DNA of 64,000 bases, taken from contig NC_134028.1 of assembly GCF_964204645.1 (NCBI RefSeq), forward strand, positions 9,114,001 to 9,178,000, written 5' to 3'. A model generated the notes under the pieces. It was not told the origin of the DNA. It searched no databases and saw only the letters and a program-made list of their open reading frames with translations. The DNA is from Tubulanus polymorphus. Its lineage: Eukaryota; Animalia; Nemertea. This document shows, piece after piece, positions 42,901-54,500 of this stretch (the first letter of the stretch is position 1; every line of letters begins with the position of its first letter). The position numbers and the translations under genes are program-made.

Positions 42901-45900
42901 CATCCCCGGGACGAAAATACTGGGTGGGGATATGGTAAATACGCCGAGAAGATATTCAAGAAATCGATACGTTTGACACGATGGCCTCGTGAAACAGTAA
43001 AGAAAGTCTTCGGAACCAAAGGCAAGAAACTTGATGAAGGTGTGCAATCCGAAAATACTGTATCGATAGTGAAAAAGAAAACCCCGACTGCAACCCTATC
43101 GGATCTGAAACGACCAGGAAGCGGCAGTTTAGCACGTAAACAAACTGTGGAACCGCGGCAAAAGAAAGTATCGTCATCTTCTGTCGAACCATCATCTCCG
43201 AGTCCATCTTCCTGTCAGAGCGAACCCGGTGGTGGCATCTTTCACGACGATGACGACGATCTTACGACAGAAATATGGATGGGACCACCCGGAAAACAGG
43301 ATGTTACCAGTCCAACAACCCCACTTAACGAAGGTTCGTTGTGGTTCGAACAGAAATATTTTGGTGGAAAAGATTCGTCCAGAGCTTCCGGGTCGACTCG
43401 TGGTGGAAATAAAGATCAATTTGGCGACGATTCTGATATTGAAAATGACAAGTCAAGCACGCTAAAAAGAGACGAACCGGGAGTTCTAGTTCGTCGTAAA
43501 TCTAGTCCAGAACTAATCACATGGGAAGAACGTGAGGCCAAAGCAACGCCGAGTCCATCTCGGTCCCTGAGCGCTAGTATACGCAGCAAGAGGGAACCAT
43601 CTCCCGATGTCGAGAGGGGTTCTAAACTTGACCTTAGTAATCGGAGTCGGACCCAAACGGCTTGGGGAAAAGTAAAAGATTATATCCACACAAGGAAAGA
43701 CAGTTTGAAAAAAAGAGGTAACAAAGGTAAACTAAACGAGGATTACAGAAAGAGCATGAACGAGTCAATTCTCACTGAAGCGGCGGCTGAATATAATAGA
43801 AAAACATATCCGACGGTTTCCGGTGGTCCATCCGTATCGGATTCCGCTCCAGACTTATACCAGTCTGCAACACCGTGTAGATCTCCGGAACGACCGAGTC
43901 GCAGGAGTGAGGTACAACCACCGACAAGTGATGCTCTTATACGAAAACCAGCTGCACCACATCCAATCCCTACTTCACCGTCCCTTAGATCTCCAAGATC
44001 GAGGCACACCCCAACGCACGAAGCGACATCTAGCGGTGGGATGTCAAGATCGGTTGATCTCCAATCTTTAATAGGTAAGCTCTTGAACATACTCATCTAT
44101 GTTTACGCATATACGTTCTCAAACAACATACGCTGCTTATGATATATATTATTAACAAGATTTTTTAATGTATATATACGAGCATGTACTTTAAAAGTAG
44201 TTAGATAATATTCATGGAGTTAGTGTCAATAGAGATACTACAACAAGAATGCCGAATCCACCAACGATACGCGTGTTGATATGAAAAGAAGTTCGATTTT
44301 GTTGTTTTCGTATATTATTTTGGTGAAAATCTCGGTCAAAGCCTCGAGGTTCATTGCTATTTTGCTATATATCTCAGATAATGTCAGCGAAGAATTTAGT
44401 AAAAAGATGCAAGAATGGGAACAGAGAAAAACTCCTAAAACATCCATCGCAAAAGGTGAAAATCCTCTCCTCCTCTCCACCATTACATTAAACATCACAA
44501 TGTAAGCGGATTCAGATTTCAAGTTCCTATTTCCCAAGGATTTTTCCGACATGATTCTGTTCGATTTGAGTGGCGTGATTTGAACCTGGGATCAACTGAC
44601 CAAATCTATCAGCCTGCATTTTCTTTCTCGATTTACATATCAATCATCCCTATACATAATAAAGAAGATTTTCACTCCGTTAAGAAACTGTTGGCTAGAC
44701 TAATCTACATCTAGACTCGTACAGTTTTAGAACTTGCATGCTTTCCGCGCAGCTATGTGTTTTACAGTGTAACGGAATGTTCCAACATCTTATGTTTTGC
44801 ATGCAGAGGGAACTCAGAGGTAAAGTATACCGTACGATACGCAAACACATTGTGATGATTGATATATGCTTTAGATATTTAATGCATAATAACAATTAAA
44901 ACTAGCACGTAGTGTAGTGTGGTGCTGGATATTGTTTTCTATCGATACATCTGTATCATGACTATATACTTAATCCGCATGGATTTTCCAACGGTTCTTC
45001 TAGAAAACGATACTTTTGGCAATTTCCTTTTCTCTTTTGTGATTCTTTCCGTTCGTCTCAGAGAATCGTCATAATATGAGTAGCTCTTCGTAGAAGTTTT
45101 ACATGTACATTATTTCATGATGTCTGCTTTTAACTATCTCTGCACATTGCTTCCTCTACTTTACATCGAATTTTCATTTGTTTGTACGTATTGCAACGTG
45201 CGCTCTTCATTGACAAATTGACAGGATTATAAGTACGGTGTTAGTTCGGTGGCGTAGGTTGGTTGTTTTTCAAATAAGATATCTTTATATTCGTAGATCG
45301 CAGTTCACCTGATGGCGTTTTTGAATTTTCAAGCGGGGAATTACACGAGGACAGAACCATATCCCCAACACATACAGGTAAAAAGCATGTTGATGGTACA
45401 TGGCTGCGTGCGCAGATTAAGCCATTATTAATGTGCCGAATTCGTACTTAAACATGCAACGTGTGGTCAACTTATGCTCCACAACTAGAATAGTTCGAAA
45501 TGTGATAAATCCCATTGAAAAAATGCATGTTTTGTTCTAAATTCAGCTTCCTCGTCTTCCTCAACCACACCGCTTCGCCAACATCGATCTATGGAGATCG
45601 GGACACCGAAGGACACAGGCACACCAAAGGAGGGTGCTATCGGTCCCATTATAGTCGAAGAGATGCAGAAGAAACTCAGCGACAGTTTTTCGCGTAAACT
45701 TCAGGAGTGGGAGAAAATTCGATCTCGCACGGACACAAGTCCAACAGAGAAAAAAGAGACATTGAAGAAAGACACCTGGCGGAATAAATCCGACCGAAAA
45801 TCAGCGGGTGATAGAGAAAAACAAAGGATGGAAAAAGAATTGGCTAAAGTGGAGAGAGAGCAACAAAAACTGGAGGAAAAGCGACAGCGCCTGGAACGAG

Positions 45901-48900
45901 AAAGAGACAGGACGTTGAAGAAAGAAGAGAAGCTGGAACGAAAACGTGAACAGTTGGAGGTGATGGTTATCGATGGTATACCATCACATCGTAAATTCAA
46001 ATACGTCAACGTCGGTGAATACGAGATACAAGGAATATCAGAGGAGTTTGCCAAAAAATTACACGAATGGGAAATCCTCAAGGGTCAAAAGAAGGAACAC
46101 CCTGAAATGACGTCAGATTCTAAAAACGCTTTGAAATGCAGTGATTTGAAAGCTTTAACTCGTGGTGATGCGGTTCGGGTCAGTAGGCGACCTGCTGAAG
46201 TTATTCTTCCTCCGACATTTAAAGAGGGCCAACTGCCGTTACCTCGAGTCGTGAAGGGTCATACGGCTAAACCTTTGCTGCTATCGACCGCTATAGCAGC
46301 GGAGAGCGAAGAGTTACAGCACGTCGATGCAGCGCCGCAGGTTATGCGCGTGGATCCTATTGTACATAGACATCATAGAATATCAACTCATCATCTTAGG
46401 TTTAACAACCGGGAAACTCAAACGTCCCCCATCGAAACCGATACTGATCAAAGTTTTAATTACGATTCGACGGAAGGGTAAGGACATATGGTATACCACG
46501 GCATTCCGAAGACGTAGATAGTTCCAAAACACATTGTTATTGATTGATGAAGCATATATTTTCAGGTTAAGAACTATCAACACTGGCCTGAAAGAACAAC
46601 TGTCCCGTCAAGAACAGGCCTACCAAGGCATAAAGGACAATCTTGACAGACAAGGCCACACTATGCAAATAATGAACCAGAATTATATAAAGGAAATATG
46701 TAAGATAACATCATAATTTTTCTCCGATTGATTGTAATGGTAACAAATTCATTACATCACCCTTGTAGGATTGTAATATGTTGTTTTCAAATTTTGCGTA
46801 ACTACCTTTGCGATCTACCAAACATTATACTATAGCAATGAAATCAGATTGAGCGCGCAGGATTCCAAGGCAATTGTTTGCAGTGATGATTAACCTATCG
46901 CCGATGAAGTGATGATATCTATAGATTACAAATTAATAAGCACTGGGCTTCATTCATTGACCATCTTCAAATAATTGTGAAGTTTGTGATTTTCAAGTAA
47001 AGGAGTCGTCGCACTCATTCCCGCACACTAGGCCGATGATGCGACTTACGTGATACGCGTTACGAAGACGTCAGGTGACCCTAATAACTAATAACTGCAT
47101 CTTTTGTATATTTTGTTTGCAGCTGCTCTGAGACGACAACTTGCATCCAGTAACCGTCTAGAGAGTGTTATCGGACAAAGTAACTCAGTAGGTGACACTG
47201 TCACCGAATTGTGGAACCGAGTTCAACAACTCGAGAAGATGCTTCGCAAAGAACAAAGGGTAACATGAAACTAATCATACAAACAGTCTATTCCTTATCC
47301 GATTTGTTAGATGTCAATTTGGTGTTCATTCGAATTTTTGTCGTAGTAGTTCTTCTTTTTCCGTGGGACCAGGACCATACAACAGTCCTGGAGCCAGAAT
47401 TCAAATCTAAAACCGGAAACTTTGCAAATTATTCCTAAAATTCTGTATTTAAGCTTGGCGAGATGCCCATAAGGCGTGTACCAGCGTTCCGAGGTCGCGA
47501 CAGCAATAAACCTCAACAAGATTTCACCTTCAATGAATGTGACATTCCTCCGAAACTAATAGAATACATCAGCAAGTTACACACTCAGGTAATATGAAAG
47601 AATATGCATGAAGCGTTACTGTAAAGGTTAGAAGATCCATAACATACATCGGTATTCCGAATGTAGAGACTCGGAATGCAACGACACTGATGCCGTGGCC
47701 CATAATTGGATCTATACTAAAGCATATTCATATTCTGATAAACGTAAATAAGGTTGTCATTTTTCATTTCCATCGCATTTTCACAGGTCAATGACCTACA
47801 GCTCGGAGTTTTGGAAAGGAACAAAATGATTGCTGATATGAAGAAACATTTAGCTATTCAGGAAGCAATGCAAGTGCTTCTCAAAGTCGATCTTCAACGT
47901 CGTGAATTCGAGACCAACTTGTATAGAAGAACTAGGAAACTGAGATGTAGAAGACATTACACTGTTGCCGGGCACGAATTTGCTAAAAGAGAGGTAAAAT
48001 CATTGAGCTGATAAAATAAATAGAGAGAACCTTACAGGGCATTTGTTTTCCTTTTTTTATTCATGGGCCGTATTATCGAACGCTATGATCGTTAATCACA
48101 CTTAAAAGTCACCTTGCCTCCATGGTTGCCTGTTTCATCTAAACCTGGCATAAACTAACATTTCGTACTTCTTTACTTCAAGTTTGTTGAAAAAGAGACG
48201 TTGAAGCACGCCGTCAAAGTCCCCGATGAGAAAAAACTTGCACAGAATTTTGAGATGCAATTCAAACAGTTACCACACGGGAAGGTAGACCAAATTACAA
48301 CGCCACCAACTGATACGGGGGAAGTTATTGATATCATTAAAACCTGCTGTAAGTGATAAAGATTATTGTCATCTTCATCTAATCCAGGCCGTTATGGAGA
48401 ACGATTTCAAATGGTTATTCGCTTCGTATTTTTTTTTGAAGGTACGGAACCAGATATAACGACACAAGAGGCATCCGAACAATTTCACAGTTGTTCGTCG
48501 AGTCCTGTGCATTCGAGTAGTCCTGTCCGATCCGGAGCAACATCCCCGAAACCTTCCCGATATAACAGCGAACAACCACGAGTCCGTCCTAGATCTAGAC
48601 AAGAGTCATGTAACTCGTCATATAGCGAATCCTACGGGAGTAGTAGTGGCTACCAGGACCCAAACCGTATTGGTTATTCAAACTCGCGAGCGCAGCTGCC
48701 GTACACAGGGTCTAAGTCTGACACTAGTGTTTACACGCCTCAAATACGTCACGAAACATCGAGACACGGCGACAAATATTTGCATAGTGTATCAATAGCT
48801 AGAGCTACCAGTCCGATGAACAGACAGCTCGCTAACCGTTCGGTCAAAGTGGAAATAAAAAGTCCAACTGAATCACTCGACGAGAGTATAGATCGTGAGG

Positions 48901-50450
48901 ACACAGGCCGTACTCGGGCACCTCGACGAACAAGAGCGGAGACAAGAGCGTATCAGCAACAACAGCAACAAATGCAAGCAGCAGCAGCAGCAGCAGCGGC
49001 GACAGCAGCGCGGACGAGTTTCCAAGATCGTCATCCTGTGATAAGTTCACCACAACCGGTCCAACATCACACCTGGCAACCGAGTTCAATGCGACATTCT
49101 CCGTCACCGTACCGCGAACAACCTTACTACAGCGGAGCCATTCCCGAGTCGAGCCCGTCATTTCGAGTTGCGAACCTCTCATCGCAGGTAACCTATCACC
49201 AACCCGCGCCGGTTCAAACTCACAAACCTCCCGATTCAGAGAAATCATTCATGCGTCGTTCAGCTTCCTATTTCTCGCCGAAACCGTACAATCCGCGCAG
49301 TGCCGATACTGAAAGTGTTAGTCCGATCCGCCAGCGGGGACAGTGGTCCAGTAGTAGCGCCAGCGCCTCCAGTTCGCCTTCGGGAACTGTTTTTATCCAT
49401 CGAAGGTCTCCGTCGCCGCTTCGTAAACTAAACTCCGACAGCGAATTGATGATCGGTTATCACTCATCTGCCACGTACAGCTCCCCCGCGGACCAACTAC
49501 AATCTCCACACGCGGCTCACGTACGGAAACCTTCCGACCAGGAAAACAACAATTTCTGGCAGGAACAGTCGAGTGCCGCGGCGCAGCACGGCCAGGTGTA
49601 TTTATCGCCTAGTACTCCCTACGTACAGACGGCAATGCGTAAACTGTCGTGTGGCCCGGAAATGCACGCAAACGGTAAAACAATCGTAACTAGCGACGGT
49701 AAAGTGAAACGATTGACGGAAGCGTTCGGTGACAGTGACGCCGAACGCTTCGCTTCATCACCGCTATTGAGAAGGCGAAACTCACGGGAAATACCGAAAG
49801 AAGGCACTGTACAAAAACGTTTAGAGGAATACGTTTCGCAGGCGGCAGCTCATCCGTCTCCGGGCCCTGTGCATTCTCAATCGCGATTTATCAGGCGACA
49901 GTCCCATGAAATTCCGTCCGAAGGAACCGTTGCTAAGCGACTTGAAGAATTACGTCAGTATTACGTAGATGAAGAAGACGAGAATGACGACGATGAGTTT
50001 AGCGACGCGCTGCAGAGCCGACGATTGTCAGAATCTTCCGAGAGTACGGTACACGCGTCGTACACGACATCACCGGCTACGATCAGCCCGCAATCATCGC
50101 CGGAAATTAAACCAGCACGTGAAGCTCACGTGCCGGTGACCACTTCGCAAACCGTTTCCATCAGAACATCTCACGGCGTTCCAGAAGCTCCTCCCAAGAG
50201 TCCGCGATTTCTTCGATCGATGCGTTCGGGAAAACAAACGCAACAGAAACGTTTGAGTCCGTTCGAAATGTTGGTTCGCGATACGTTAACGTTGAACTTA
50301 GAAACTCAAAAAATAGGTGGCTCTGCAGTAGAGGATAGAGAGCCTCGTTGTCTGCCGGTACAACAGCTAGACGTATCTAGCGGTACGGAAGGAAACGAAC
50401 GTAAGAGGTCTAGGGGTAGATTCCTAGGATTTTTCAAGGCATCGAAGTGA
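39907..50450 (+). CDS. Large uncharacterised coiled-coil / intrinsically disordered protein, 11 coding exons, ~2044 aa
   Basis: Exons 39907-39975, 41887-44074, 44378-44455, 45297-45377, 45547-46477, 46566-46699, 47123-47259, 47454-47588, 47787-47993, 48183-48348 and 48442-50450. All have GT-AG boundaries with matching phases and total 6135 nt (divisible by 3); no internal stop was seen. An alternative start with good Kozak context (CACCATG) is at 41932. Confidence 0.8.
41887..44074 (+). CDS. Large gene, exon 2 (Ser/Pro-rich, with coiled coil LDHLDNLCRLMHQL...RVNYLED)
   Basis: 2.2-kb open frame; acceptor ttttgtag and donor G|GTAAGC. Confidence 0.9.
44378..44455 (+). CDS. Large gene, exon 3 (DNVSEEFSKKMQEWEQRK...)
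   Basis: Acceptor ctcag, donor AAG|GTGAAA; 78-nt phase 1-1 exon. Confidence 0.8.
45297..45377 (+). CDS. Large gene, exon 4 (DRSSPDGVFEFSSGELHEDRTISPTHT)
   Basis: Acceptor ttcgtag, donor CAG|GTAAAA; 81-nt phase 1-1 exon, open frame. Confidence 0.7.
45547..46477 (+). CDS. Large gene, exon 5 (charged E/K/R helix and two EWE motifs)
   Basis: Acceptor attcag, donor GG|GTAAGG; open frame. Confidence 0.9.
46566..46699 (+). CDS. Large gene, exon 6 (coiled coil)
   Basis: Acceptor ttttcag, donor T|GTAAGA; phases 2 and 1 fit the neighbouring exons. Confidence 0.8.
47123..47259 (+). CDS. Large gene, exon 7 (coiled coil ELWNRVQQLEKMLRKEQR)
   Basis: Acceptor tttgcag, donor AGG|GTAACA. Confidence 0.8.
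47454..47588 (+). CDS. Large gene, exon 8
   Basis: Acceptor atttaag, donor CAG|GTAATA; 135-nt phase 0-0 exon, open frame. Confidence 0.7.
47787..47993 (+). CDS. Large gene, exon 9 (coiled coil)
   Basis: Acceptor tttcacag, donor GAG|GTAAAA; 207 nt. Confidence 0.8.
48183..48348 (+). CDS. Large gene, exon 10
   Basis: Acceptor cttcaag, donor T|GTAAGT; open frame. Confidence 0.7.
48442..50450 (+). CDS. Large gene, terminal exon (Ser-rich disordered region with polyQ/polyA tract)
   Basis: 2-kb open frame ending TGA at 50448-50450. Acceptor tttttttgaag at 48441, with an alternative in-frame acceptor at 48387. Confidence 0.9.
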
Positions 50451-51495
50451 TTCTGATTATCACATTAGGTACGAACTTTCGATTAGTTTATTGTGTTTTA
50501 AGTGGAATAAGAAACGGTTAAGTTTCTACGAAATATGTTTGACATTAATTCCATCATAATGAAGATAATCCTGTTTGTAGTGACCTAATTTAAGTAAACT
50601 AAGTAAACGAATCGTTTCATACTTCTTAATTTTTCGTTTTAGATACTGACTGAATGGAAGTATCGACCAAATGGATGTTACAAATGGAAGAACGTATTCA
50701 AAATATACCTAGCCTCCATAAGCATTATGAACTATCCTCTGAAACATTAATTTCGATTTTAAACGATTACTTTTGAACCCGAGCCAGAATGAATTCGCAT
50801 GGAAAGATTTCTCAGTATCAATGGATCGCACATAATATCAGTTGGATAAAAAGTTTTTTTCGCAATTCTGGCACCTTGTTTGAGGCACTTGGTGCAACGT
50901 CGCCGCGGGTTTCGAGTAAATTTTCACTTAATTATCTACATATGAGAGCTTTCTGCTTCTAATTCAGATCAAATTTAGGATAACTACAGTAGACTCCACC
51001 CTCTCCCCAAAGTTGCGAACGATCGCAAAACGAGTGAGTATCAATATGAATTCGATCCGTAAAAAGATACGTCTTATTAGAAGTACAATATCATTTTCAT
51101 TCAAGATCAGCGAGAAAAGACTTGGTAATATAATTTGGTCACGTCGTGTGCAGGTTACTGTAGTTAACAAAGCGTCACAATATTAGGTCAACTTTAGAAA
51201 ACGGTCGATATGGTAATATTTTTTGAGCTTTTACATTCAGATAGTGTCAACGATGCCTGAATTAGTTTTCTGTTTGCCTTGTCATTACGTAATGCATGTG
51301 ATTGATGTGATGGGTGTAAGTGATTGTGTTAATATCCCTGGCAGCAAAGAATACAAATGATTTTTGCGTTTAGACCATTCGTTGAATTCTAGGCATTCTG
51401 TGAACTATTTGAAATTGTCATATCTGATCGTTGTTCAGTGGTATGTATATAGTTGGCACAATTAATAATACAAACGCCAACTGGGTGCGTGGTGC

Positions 51496-51496
<1 letters not shown>

Positions 51497-51532
<36 letters not shown>
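51497..51532. repeat. (GT)n microsatellite, probably in the 3' UTR
   Basis: Read directly. Confidence 0.9.
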
Positions 51533-51538
<6 letters not shown>

Positions 51539-54500
51539 TTGAATATGTTGCTGCGAAATAATTTATTTGATTGATAAATGGTTTTTATCATGCACAGAAA
51601 ATGTTGTCGTTGTTTCTTTGATTCGAAATCCGGTGTCATAGAATGAAATGCATCCCCTTATTCATGCTCCTTAGAATAGATTTCAGGATTAAGGGTTAGG
51701 GATAGGGTCAGCGAGCAGCCCCGGGTGCGGTTTCTGGGTGCCGAACCTGCAGAAGGCAGTCAGAATGTTAATGCCCTTTTCCCGATGAGAAACTAGGATT
51801 TTCTAGAGAGCTGGAACATGGAACAGAAATGGCATATTTACATTTTTCATGATTCCACACTTATAAAAAGGCACTAATTGAAGGCACTCTTGCCCTTTCC
51901 TCGGGTGCTCATTAAATTCTACAGAATACTTCTAGGTAATGGCACTGAAAATAAGTATCCTCTATCCCTCGGCGCTCACATGACATCTAGATCGTCACGG
52001 TTCGTCAAATAATTGCCTTTTTCAAATTAAGAAGGCAGTCAAATTCTGCCCCTGACCCCCTTATGACTTTCCACTTAATCTGTCAATTTTGAAGGGGGCA
52101 TCTGTTTCTATGTCACCGGTAATCTATTCACTAGTAGGGGATGTCTGAGGGTGGGTGAAGGTAACAAATTAATATTTACATTCATGTGGACCTACCAACC
52201 ACAGCACTTGGTCGCGATCGTGAAATTAATTCACCTTCGCACGCGCATCGATCGCAGCCGAGAACACAAGTATTTCAAAAATTGCAACAACAATTATCTT
52301 AAATTGCTCCACAAAAAGATTATATTTACGCAGGGCGCATGGACGGGTTCGTACACGAAATGTGAATGCATACATTCATGAATTCTTACGTAAAATAAAT
52401 TATTACGTAAAGCTTTCTAAACGTGTTAATAGTTTACATAAAAGCGTCATGAAGTGCGTTATATCCTTATTTAATTCAAATATCTATTCTGGACTTGCAT
52501 TTTCCGAACCAAGACATACGTAAACTAACGTTACGGCTCATAAATTCTGTACTTATTAGTTACCTAAACAATCTTGTTTTGTCAGGTCAATGTATTTAAT
52601 TTTCGCGATTTAATCGCATCAAAATCATGTCGAATGCATTGTTTAGTGGACTAAACGGCGCAGTATGTGACTTTCAATCCGTTATGGTGTTTTCCTAAGA
52701 AAGTACGTATGACTAATCCGAGCAAACAGTAGTCAGACAGGATTACTGTAAATAAAATGTATAATGTACGCTTGAGACTCAAAATTAGACACGCACATTT
52801 CATTAGCCCTTTATATTGCGCATACGATCATAAAACTTAGTTGAACCAAACAGTGCAGGAGAAGGCATAACGACCGAGATGAGACAGCAGCGACTCAACT
52901 ATGAACCGGTTAGTACGACAAAAACTTATACAGAAGTCCTTTTTTGAATTACTTCGAGTATTAAGGATTATTTCTCAAGAAAAAGTGGGTGGGCGGAGGA
53001 AAGAAATAAAAGTAAATTTGTTTAGGCGTTTTAAAATTGAAGGGAACAGGAAAAATGAAAATAATGATACCTCGGATGGACTACATTGAAAAGGAATGAA
53101 AATTGTGATGAATTCTATTCAAATAATGAGAGAAATGAAAAAAAAACTAAGGTTTTTTTTTGCTTAGCATGAGATTGAACATTAAGATGAACATAACAAA
53201 AGATTCTTGAACAAATTCGATGAAAACACGAAGGGGGTCTGAAAAGCTTTTTTTCAGTTCGATGATCTTTGCAGAATTCCGGTAGGCGGATCCGTACTCC
53301 AAGTAATTAAAAAAGGCTTTAGCAAGAAGAGTTTTTATAATCTATTATATCACGATACTGTACTTAAAATGAAATACCAATGCGCTCTTAGTTGCCTAAA
53401 AGGTGGAAGGTGAATTATTTTTCATGCCGTAACTGAAAATTGTTAAATAGAAAATATCTTAAGACTGATGTAAGAAGCTTGCATTAATTCAATTAGATCT
53501 TTGTACTTGGATTGTGCAGTGTGCAGACTTAAAAAAGAATTGAATTTACAAGTATGAAATATAAATAAAAAGGAAACTTAAACGTATAATGACGCCTTGA
53601 AAAATTACATGCATTTTGCTAGATATTATTGAATCATGAACAGCTCGACGGCTAATAGTAAAATAACGTTGAACTCGATGAATCGATTAAGATCCTTAAA
53701 TCGATTTAAGATTTAAGATTTTTTTTGGTGAAACCTGGCCATGGGCCCAACCGCGACAAATGGCGTTCCATTGAATATTCAGTCACATCATATCAAAAAG
53801 TAAATTAAATTGATTTTTAATTGAATTCAATCTTTAAATTGAATTGATTTCTAATTGAATTTGATTCAACCGTCAATTTTGGATGCTCTTATTGCCATTA
53901 GAATTCATTATTCAAGACATGAAAAACTCATTTGATAGGAAAGAACTGATGAAATTTGATTTAAGACAAAATAAAGGCCAACATACACAAATGTAATTGT
54001 TACTTATTTTGAAACGCCGGAGTCGCTGTACACATCCACTCACACACACAACCATAATCTACAATGAAATAACGATTAAGATGTATCAATTCATTGAATG
54101 AGAGTCATGAACTAATTGAATACAATTTTGCGATTAGTTTATTGCTCCACGAAAAAAATTACATTTGCACAGAGCACAAAAAACAGGTTCACACATGATA
54201 CACGCATCAACGCAAATGATTCATACAAACACAGTTCAAATGAGAAGAAATACATTGAATACTTATCAATTCAAAATGGTGTCGATGCCATTGTACACAA
54301 TTGCAGGTTGTTATTTTGAAACGCCGGATCGTTGATCGCATATAGTGCATTTCCATTCGTATACAACCCCTTGAATAATGCATAGCGGTTTTCAACGTGT
54401 GAACATTTCTTTGAAACGGTTTTTACCGCGTCAAAAACGATTATATTTAAATAGCATATTACGATCTCGTTAAAACGTTGCGGCGATAAGCGAATCAAAA

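Noticed and set aside
42117-49807. Multiple antisense and alternate-frame ORFs over the large gene (also 8059-9303 over the 8241 gene)
   Set aside because: Shadow ORFs of real coding exons with no independent coding signal.
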